From NCBI RefSeq assembly GCF_964204645.1, contig NC_134026.1, forward strand, positions 22,912,150 to 22,976,149: a stretch of 64,000 nt of DNA. Direction: 5' to 3'. Below the pieces are notes generated by a model that made no database searches, had not been told where the DNA came from, and saw only the letters and a list, made by a program, of their open reading frames with translations. Each line of letters starts with the position of its first letter. Within the stretch, counting starts at the first letter, position 1. The position numbers and the translations under genes were made by a program. This stretch comes from Tubulanus polymorphus. Taxonomy: Eukaryota; Animalia; Nemertea. Shown one piece after another: positions 54,260 through 64,000 of this stretch.

Positions 54260-57200
54260 ATTCTGTCCATTTTTAATCTTTTTTCAACATGCACGTTTTT
54301 TTTCAACATGCATTTTCGCTGAGCATGATAAATAGTGCATAGTATGTAAATGTGACTCTGTGACTTCTTGCTCCGTTAGTTCCAGTAAATTTCTTAAGTG
54401 ACTAGCACAAGATTTTGTTATCATGTCTAGAACCACGGGTGCGAAATGGAGAGGATTGCCTTAATTTTAGGCAAACAGTGAATGATAATTTTTACGGTTG
54501 TTATATTAGTATTCATCAATTCCAGCACAGTACATTTTACCTTGCTGTTTGTTTGTTTTTTTTTTAAATTTTAGATTCTAGATTCTGTCCATTGCAAATA
54601 GTGAAGTACTGTTAGCATGTTTGCGCACATAACTCTGACCTTGTATTGAACGTTTCAGTATATATTCTGACAACCCCTCTGTCACACTCAAGTTCATTTT
54701 TCTCTTGATAAAATAAAACTTAACCAAAGTATGCAGCGTAAATTTTCTTGGAACATGATTGTCTAAGTGTTGAATTGATTATTTTAGTAGTTAGTCTTTT
54801 ATGACTGTCATTTGCAGCAGGGAAGTATATATTTATATATCTATTGTTAGCGAGATCGTTATCGTAGTTAAATGCTTATCTCGCATGATTAGCTGAAAGC
54901 GTAGAATCTGGGCCAGGAGAAGACAATTTCTTTGAACTACGCAAGGAGGTCTATCAACTCCTTGAACTACATAAAATCGCTTAGAGGAGCTGTACTGAAA
55001 ATAAAGCAAAAGAGGAAGATGCTTTGATTGTTATTGTTGAAGTAGAAATAATCGTGGTTGGACCAACAGCCGATGGCAATTCTGACAATCCCGTTATCTA
55101 GTAATATGAGATGAGTATGGAGAACATATTGCGCGTTCATTCTTGCTCCTTTGATTAATATTTGAAAGGATTTATTATAAGGAGTGCGTTATTAAGTTAT
55201 TAACATTCTTGTTTCAAAAGTACTTTCTCATTTAGGGTCATTCAGTTTTCAATGTCAATCTCTTCACAATGACATTCTACCCATCCCAGTGTGTGCATGC
55301 TATCATGTTGATGCTCCACGTTGCCATAGCATTCATTATCCATAATACTGAATATAAATATATATCACCTTTGAAATCGAACTGATTAAAAATCGACAAA
55401 AAACAGATAAATTTATATCTACCTAATGCATCTTGAAAACCTGACGTGATTTGGTAAATTCGATTGCTACTTGCTGAAATGCTACATTGAGAAGTGTTAT
55501 GGTGAATCAGTGGTGAATGAATGTATATGTGTCTCTGAAGCTGCTGACACACCGACGTGCCAGTATGTTTTGGCTACCTGTCACGATCACATAATATTTA
55601 TACCTAATCCTCGCTGTCAATGCCAGTCATGGCATTATCTAGTGGAAAACCAATCAGACAATACCCTGATTAGATTAACCATGGCACAACACGTCGAGGA
55701 GGAGTTGCAGGGATGAGTATTAGTCTTAGTTTTGATCAGAGACACAGCATGAAATGGTCGGAAATGGTTAATACATTTTCTGGCAGAGAAAAAATACCTT
55801 CACCATAAGATAAGATTGACACTCTTCATGCAATTATACAGCGCAATGAGCAAACACATGATGGATCATTCCCATAAACATTCTTGAAGTCAGTGGAGAA
55901 ATGGACATACTGTACACTGGTACCCTGGGAGTTCTTGGGTCATTTTCCATTAGAGGATTTTCTTCAATAATGCAATATTTATGTTCAATATTTCATCATG
56001 TTTGCACATCTTTTTTTCATCTGCCATACCATCATTCCGAAAATGCATTCAAAGGATTCTAGAAATGCATTGCATCGGCACCATCATTTGCATTGGCAGT
56101 AACATTTACTATTCTCATTCATTTCCATTTGTCGAATTTAGAGCACTGTCAACATTCCTCTCCCTAGATGATCACATAGAGTATCATCATAAATATTCTC
56201 TGTGATAAACAATTTTACAAGGGACTTAACTATGATGGACCTGGACAATGATATTTCTGACAATTGCCGATCTTATTTCATTTCTGATTTCTGAGCCAAC
56301 CAGAAGAGACTCTGTCACTATTTTTACCTTTTTATTCTGACTACAGAAAGCTACTTCAGTGCGCATTTTGTAATAAGCTATAAGTTATCGATTGTGTAGG
56401 CTGCAGTGCTGAACCGTAATCATGAAATGAAGCAGCACAACACTGCCACACTTGGCAAGCGTTCCTGGTTACTTGGGAATTTTGCTCTGAGTCGACTTTG
56501 CTGATGCGATTAACAATCACCTGTGCAGAACTTTTCAAGAGCACCATCCTCAACTCTGTGATTGGCTGCAGTTTTTGGCTTAAGTGACTACCTATATGAT
56601 AAGACAGCATATTTGCCTCAATCGCCGGATAGATCTGGAATCAGGACAATATTTGTGATTGCTTTTTTGTTGCTATAGTTTCAAAGTTTTTAATGATGCA
56701 ATAGTGAATAGTTCGCTACCAAAGGATGGATCAATGTTGAATGAAATGGGATGGAAGAATTCAACCCCAGGATAATTGACAAAATACGATGGGAGGAGTG
56801 ACAGATAAACTTTTTGATCCTGGTAAATTATATCAATGTTAAGTGTGTTCATATCTGAGGGCATAAATCAGAAATTCATACCACTTTACACTTCTAATGA
56901 TGAACTTGAACTTAAACTTTCATTTAGTCTATCGAGTAAAGTGAAACCAGAAGATAAGTTCAATGTTTGAGGCCTAATCAATAATACATTCTATTCAACG
57001 TCTAAGAATATTGAAATATGTAGAATAACAGTCTTATATGTGCACTTCAGGATATGATGCCATGCTATGTATCTGATTTATAAAATGGAGAAAGTGTGTA
57101 AATTAGGCCATGTTATTGAGAATCTAATATTTTTGTTTTATCCAGCTAACCGTTTAGCTTTTCACATTTACGATCAATGGGGGTTATATTTATAACTATG

Positions 57201-60200
57201 GAGATTGATTCGAGTTATTCAAGGGTTTATTAGATAGTGTCATCCACAAAGTCTTCAATTACTGGGATCAAAAACTATAGTTCACCTCCATTAAATATGA
57301 ATTCTGTTTAAAATGCCGATGATACACCGTTCAATACTACAGGGGTTTCAGTGTGTTTCTAGTGAAAAATGCAAATCCCTGAAGATTATTTTGCTTACAG
57401 TTTTCTCATTTTATTCATTAAAAAAAAACCAGAATTGTATCTGGCCTTTGAGCGGTTTGTAGCTTTTCAATGCAAACACGTGCCGGAGCTGCACAAAGCA
57501 ACGACTTTAGGCTTTAGATTAATGATGAATTCTTGTTGCAATCACACGGAACTTCATCGCGTTCAGGTTTTTATCAGGTGTTTTTATCCGACCATGACGA
57601 TTAAAGGAATAGGCATTGAATAGACCCAAACAACCTGTAAAAAAGTTCTTTTCACGTTTTCATCTCCATAACAGCTTTAGAAAATATGATTAGGGTATCA
57701 TTAATCATACCTTTCATCAGTATTCAGCTGAAAACCAATAGTCGACTAGAAACTACTTGAAAGTTTATTAACGCCTTGAAGAAAAATAACACCTATATAT
57801 TGCCTAATATAGTCGACAATGAATTATATATAAATGATATATTAGAGACCAATTCAGTTACTTTGAATTTGAGTTGAATTGACCTGAACCAATATATATA
57901 GCCCAGTTATATGGACGATGTAGTGCACATTCTCTCAAAATAATTATCAACAAGAAAACTAACTCCAAAGTTTTTGACATCGGAAGGCTTAATATTGTCG
58001 ACAATGAATAACATGATATAGATTTTGATAATTGAATTGAATGGCAACTAGTCCTAGCCCCAATATTGATAAGTAGTTCACCAAAAATTTAACAAAAGTT
58101 ATGAAATATATTTAGTTACAAAATAGATGCCAAAATTCACAATTATGTAAAATTCTTATTTTGAAATGCCAATATTGATGTCTTAGATGGACTGACACAG
58201 AACCCCTTAAATTACGCATACTAAGTATCAATACATATAAACATTATTGTAACAGTTTTTACGGTGTCAATTTGACAAAAGACACGAAATTATCAAACAC
58301 CTTTGATGTGTTTCATTAGGAGATTCAAATGATTATATGATATAAGCAGCAATTTTCTTCCCTTCATTCAGATCTGAAATCGAAATAATTGATGTATTGA
58401 TAGGTCTTCACATGTACAGATTTCATATGATAATATATTGCTACATGTATAACTTTATTTTTAGCACATCTTTTTACATCGTTTGCGTTCATGTGAAAAT
58501 TGTAATCATCTTCAAAGGAAGAACAGTTCATAATTGGTCATGTTAAGGTAAACCAGAAGAGCATCTCCTATTAACTGTGTACTGATGCATATCATATACA
58601 GCATGTAACTGTATAACTGATCTAATTTCATTATTACAAGACTCATCGTCATATATCCGCATCCCACACACTCTATATACCTGCACCTTTCTTTGCAGTA
58701 AGTCTGTGTTGGCCTTATTCCTTTTGCCAGAAAACATGATCATCAAGATATTTCTCATTTTCATTTCATTCAGTCTATTGAAGTGCTTTCGTAGGGTTTT
58801 TCGAGCCCTCTTGAAATTTCATCTCAACACTCAAAGAGATATTGAATGTGCTCTTAACGTGGAGGTTGCAAATATTACTAACCAATATTTTTCTACCATG
58901 ACCTTGAAATGATAGGTCGTTTTTGATAGGTCATCTCTGTAAAAGGTGCTCAATTACAAGAATGTCCCTGTGCCTATTATACGGCTATTACTGAGGGGTC
59001 TTAACACGATTACCCTTCTGCGCTCATCATTCTTCATTTTGCCAACGTGAAGTGATGAGTGGACATTACTTTGGTCATTCACGATTATGGTCACACTCAT
59101 GTAATAGTATGGTCTTCATTTCACTCTTCTTCGTCACTCATAAAAAAAGAAACTTCAGTTTACGATATCATGTACTGTTAGAAATACAGCTGCAGATCAA
59201 CATTTGCTTAATTCAGTGATTACTTCACATCTCCTTGTTTCACACCCGAAGGAACCAGGAAAAACTTCCTGTGTATACTTAAGTAATTACTCTCTTGAGC
59301 CAAAGTATATCCACTAAAGCCTAGTTATTATCTTAGTGGCGATAGTATACAATGTTAGGGTGGATAAATAATTTGATTATTACTCTTCGCGGTTATTACC
59401 TCCCTTTGTCAGTTGTTAGAATTACTACTTCGTTGTGAGAGCTACTACCATTTGAATATAAGGGAGTGTTTCACACATTTTAAGATGCAAATGCACAGTG
59501 TTGTCATTGTCAGAGAGTATTTTTTCTAATGCTGTTTATTTGCTGACAAACACCATTAGACTCTTACTAAGCTGAAGTATTTTCTCATTGGAGTTTCAGA
59601 CATTTCGATTCAACCAGTCTAATGGATGTAGAAAAGCCTAGATGCAATTGGTGAGGTTGAATAGTGATAAATTTCATAAGACTGTTGTATGAGGACATAT
59701 TGGCTTACAAAACATGAAAAAGGATACATCAATCAGATGTGTCAAATGTTACGATAATGGGGACAGGTCAACTTAAACAATTTCATTTTGTAAACAGAGC
59801 AGTATAGATAGTATCATTGATAATAGAAATACTGGAATTTTTAAGACTAGTGCAAATTATACAATGAAATATCAGCTGCATATAAATCAAAATTCAACTG
59901 AGTGATTCAAATTTGAAGTTAGTTGGGATCAGCTGTTAATATAATTATTTGCTGTATTATTACCACCGATATTGGAAGTATCTCCATACCAATGTAGAAC
60001 TCATGTCATTTAGAAACTCAATGAATTTGTTCAGAAATACCTCAATCTAATTTCTAAGTCTGCTTTCCATGTCAAAACTTTTATCTAACGTTTGATATGA
60101 AGTATATACTGTATGTAATATCAAGTGTCGTCTCTTTGTTAGACTTACTACTATTGATATATTGATGTAAGATTCATCAAGAACCTCTTCTCGGTGCTAT

Positions 60201-62009
60201 CAAATGCATATGCTTTGCACTTGACGACCAACCATCAAAAAGTTGACAACCAGTTACTTATTAGTTCTGACAGGTCGACATATAGGCAATAAAGGATCCT
60301 ATTTTGCCTGGATGGTTTGACAGCTTCTATAGTTAAGCGTTCAACATTTCCATATGACAAACTGCTACCAACTTAGCGATTCGTCAATTCTTGAGATTTA
60401 CTGAGCTCCATTAATCCGTTCTTCAAAATCTCTTGAATTTTTTTCATTTGCATATGCGTTTGGCGTAAGATATTTGCGGTGTTTTCTTTTGCGCGATAGT
60501 GTATTTCAGTTTGTGTTCTTCACCAGAACACGGCTTGGTATTCGTGTAAGTGTTACAGTTGTGAATTGCTGTAGTACCAAAGTGCTAAATCAGCTCATCT
60601 TGAACAGCGGTTTCAGCTAAAAGTTTCACATATACCCCATTGTTTCGCCTATGTAACTCCCAGTGATATTATCTTAACATTTTTATCATGTTCTTAAATA
60701 TTTCCTTAGCGTTATTTCTAAACAAGATGGCTGACTAGCTGTTGTGTAGTGTGTCATGTTGGTTTTATTTTGGATGGAGCATAGCCTCCTCAAAGCAGAG
60801 TTTTTTGGGTGTTATGTTGTTATGTATATGCATATGCATTTTAAAGCAACAGCGCTTTGGTTTATTTCATTAAATTTTCATTTCCATATCATTTGGAGCA
60901 TCACTGGTTCTTCCTTGCGCTTCACTGACAGTTGCATATGAAATTCTGTATGACTTCTATAGCCAATCCATTTTGCCACCCAAGCTGATAGTGATACATG
61001 AAAGTTATTCCTTATTTATGAGCACTGAGGATGCTGTCACAGTGCTCGCTAATGCATTTCAGTTTTACTTGAAACGGACTGTTGTTGCGTGAGACACCAT
61101 ATTTGCGAAGTCTTTGCAGATCCCTTGAATTACCCATTATTCAAACATTAACACTAAGAACAATCAGGACTCCAGAGAGAACGACTTATTGGGTCTTTAT
61201 TTAGATTTAGATGTATAATGTGGGTATTTATCATTCTTCAATGTAGTGAAATTTCAGGAAAATGTAAATCAGTTGTGAATTATACAAAAAGCAATAACTT
61301 TTTGAAAATATATATCCATTCATAAGTATCAGTCATATTGGCTTAATATGCTTTGAGTATATTTAGAAACCTATGCCTTGCCACTTTTGTCTTATGATAG
61401 TGATGATGGGAGGTATAAATAACATCATTATGATTTAAGTATAATGGTTTTGAGAGCTTTGAGTATATCTGGATTATCTCCTGCTAGTGTCTGTTACCGG
61501 GAATGATACCATAATAGGTCAATTTGAGGTAGGGATGGAAGGGATAAAAGTAACTTCATCGGTCTTTGCTCCTTTCATCTTGAGCAGCTTTTTCGGTCAG
61601 TTCATGAATGAAATTTGTGCTGCCGATAAATGACGAAATCTGTTTCCCCAAATTGAAATTGCCTTTAGTTTATTCAACAGTAACATGTAGTTAATTTCCT
61701 AGAGTTGATTGTATCAGGCAATGCCTCTGTTCTGGCTTTGAATGAAATGGTCCTATTTCAGTCAATAAGGAGTAGTATTCAGATGAACGAGACTGAAAAA
61801 GGCTATGGTCCAGAAAAGTAATGGTCCAGTCACTTTGTAGGCATTGAACTTTGTAGTAACGATATTGTGAACTTAGGAGATGAACTTTAGTCGAATTGTA
61901 AATGATTTGATTTCTTTAGACAATGCTTAACCAAACAGGATTTTAAACTTTCAAGCTTTTGTTTGAAAACGTTTCAAAAGTAGATTTCTCGAAATTTCTT
62001 TTCTTGCAG

Positions 62010-62134
62010 GCGATGAGTTGGATGACTTGGAGATGCAAGTTGTTCGTTATAAGCCAGAAGGACTTGAACAACTTTGCAGAAACACCAAATTCACAAAGAA
62101 AGAACTTCAGATCATGTATAGAGGTTTTAAACAG
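62010..62134 (+). CDS. KCNIP: Internal coding exon of a Kv channel-interacting protein (KChIP/calsenilin-like, neuronal calcium sensor family); first common core exon
   Basis: Acceptor tttcttttcttgcag| and donor CAG|gtgagg. Translation (x)[41 protein letters not shown] closely matches the KChIP motif as I recall it (EDELEM...RPEGLEQL...TxFTKxELQxLYRGFK). Starts in phase 1 and ends in phase 0. No EF-hand exon was recognised downstream within the window. Confidence 0.93.
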
Positions 62135-64000
62135 GTGAGGCAGAACACAAGAGAAATCTGAAAACGTCACAAACAAGCAGATTTCCAAGATCCAAGCCGC
62201 TTTATAGTTGAAGCGTTATCTCGAATAAAAGTGAAAAGTACTTCCTGTATTTCTATGCAAATTGAACGATAGTGGGAGGAAAAGATTAAGCTGATCTGGA
62301 TTAAGATTTGAGCCCTCACATCTGCTATATGATATTTGAAGCCAATTACAGATCTATCGTATTTTTCAAATCAGTGCTAATGTGACTTCTTCTTTTCCCA
62401 TTAGATGTTTTTGTTGCTTTTATTTTGTTCATCGATGTTCGAAAATAAAATCTTGTTTGATGAAATCCTGATTGGCGGCTGTGTCTCATAATAGCCAGGT
62501 TCGTGATCATCATTGCCATGGTTACTTGGGGAACTTGTTCAAGGCTATATTGCGCCACAATCGCGGTCTCTGTTGTCATAGATTTTGTCGGATATCCTAC
62601 GGCAAAGAAGCAATCATGCTTATATCTTACTGTAATATTTTCACTTCCCCGATTACTCCGATTCCTGGCTTGCATAATAAATTCCATGCAGTTGAATCCT
62701 ATTGATATCCGCAGTTTCCATATTTTTAATTTCTCCTTAAGACGGTACCACTATTGAGATTTATTAAGATTATCCTTGTTTCTAGCGCAATTTATGAGAT
62801 GAATGATGACATTTATTTTCAATGCGTTGTCATCACCTGAAATTCCAGAGATGGAAGGTAGGCTGTAACGTTCATTTCGTGAATGGGGTGATTGATCTTT
62901 CATTTTTCTGAAAGTTTAGCTCGTGAGAAATTGGAGAGAAATGTTCCTAAAGGCCCAGATATCGAATCAGGATATAATAAAAAAACTGAAATATCACTGC
63001 TTATTATTCATATAAATTTCAATTTAAAAAAAAATGTCGTAGAAGATAAATCCAAATAGACTTATGAGCATTCTTTTGTTTTATGGTCTAATTTCCAAAA
63101 TCCATTTGGGATAAAGCTTACCGAATTCATTACTTGTCCATCAATAATCATATTTGAGGTGCAGTATGATAAAAAACGATGGTAAAATTAAATAGCATTA
63201 AGCATAGAATAAATTGGTTACCATGGAGACCAAGGATGCCATATGATACTGAACTGAAAGCAGGTGTGAAGATGATTGAAAACTAGAGGAAAATATTTTT
63301 TGAACACGTTGTAGTGAAGTATGACATTTGTCCGTTCTTTTTTCTCAAAAATACTAGATTATATATTGCAGATCCATCCAGAAGTTCCAATTTTTCTGTG
63401 AGATGAATATTCTATTAGATTTGGTATCTGTTCGATTTGTGCAACAAGTGAAGATGGAAAAATTGAACATTACATTTCTGTTCCTTTATTCTCATTTTAT
63501 CATCAATTATTCAATCTATTTACTGACAGCGAAGGATCATTCATTTTTAAGGTGAATTATAATTTCCTTTCGTCTGGAGAAATTTATCCCGATTTTTAAT
63601 TCAGTATTTTTTGGTGAGTTTCAACGTAACCCCATGTGCAAATTTGATGCAGAAGAAATTCTTGCATATATTCATAGAAATTTTGTTCCCTGAATTAGGC
63701 TTATAGCTCAGTCAGCTTGATATAAACGTCTATGCCACCATAGATTTGATATTCGAGAAATTGAAATTAATGGCTTGTCATGTTTGAGGTTTTATTGATT
63801 ATGCTTTCCTGTTCAATTAATTTCATTGAAACATCTCATCCCGCATAAATCTGACAGAAATGACAGTCACACTGGAAATTGTGTTGTATTTGTCTGTGCT
63901 ATTACCCACAAAATTTGAAGTAATTTTTTAGAAAACTTATGTGTTGAGCCTTCAACAGAAAATACTTTGAGGGAGGTATGCGTGTAGACTTACACATCCA

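Noticed and set aside
58680-58705. cctttctttgcagtaagt resembling a ratchet site
   Set aside because: AG and GT share a single G, so splicing at the AG would not regenerate a donor.
61943-62188. 81-aa minus-strand ORF
   Set aside because: Antisense shadow of the KChIP exon.

Overview
AT-rich eukaryotic (animal-like, probably invertebrate) genomic DNA that is almost entirely non-coding; the six-frame ORF track is mostly noise. The one firmly recognisable host coding sequence is an internal exon (62010-62134, +) of a Kv-channel-interacting protein (KChIP/KCNIP, neuronal calcium sensor family), so most of the window is probably the giant 5' intronic region of that gene. Three things stand out. 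(1) Three strong polypyrimidine-YAG|GTAWGT junctions (5169, 23681, 40551) lie about 17-21 kb apart, the signature of recursive (ratchet) splicing. (2) Several ATG-initiated, phase-1-ending candidate alternative first exons could each splice in frame to the KChIP exon. (3) A 1372-bp, extremely AT-rich, virus-like insert (26260-27631) has AGT...ACT termini, a near-perfect 6-bp target-site duplication, two overlapping intronless ORFs, and ~90-bp terminal inverted repeats that are each a complete fold-back hairpin, suggesting a minimal Polinton/Maverick-like or satellite element. There is also a six-copy MITE family, other palindromic elements, microsatellites and several RFX X-box-like motifs. 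All calls were made by eye without database searches.
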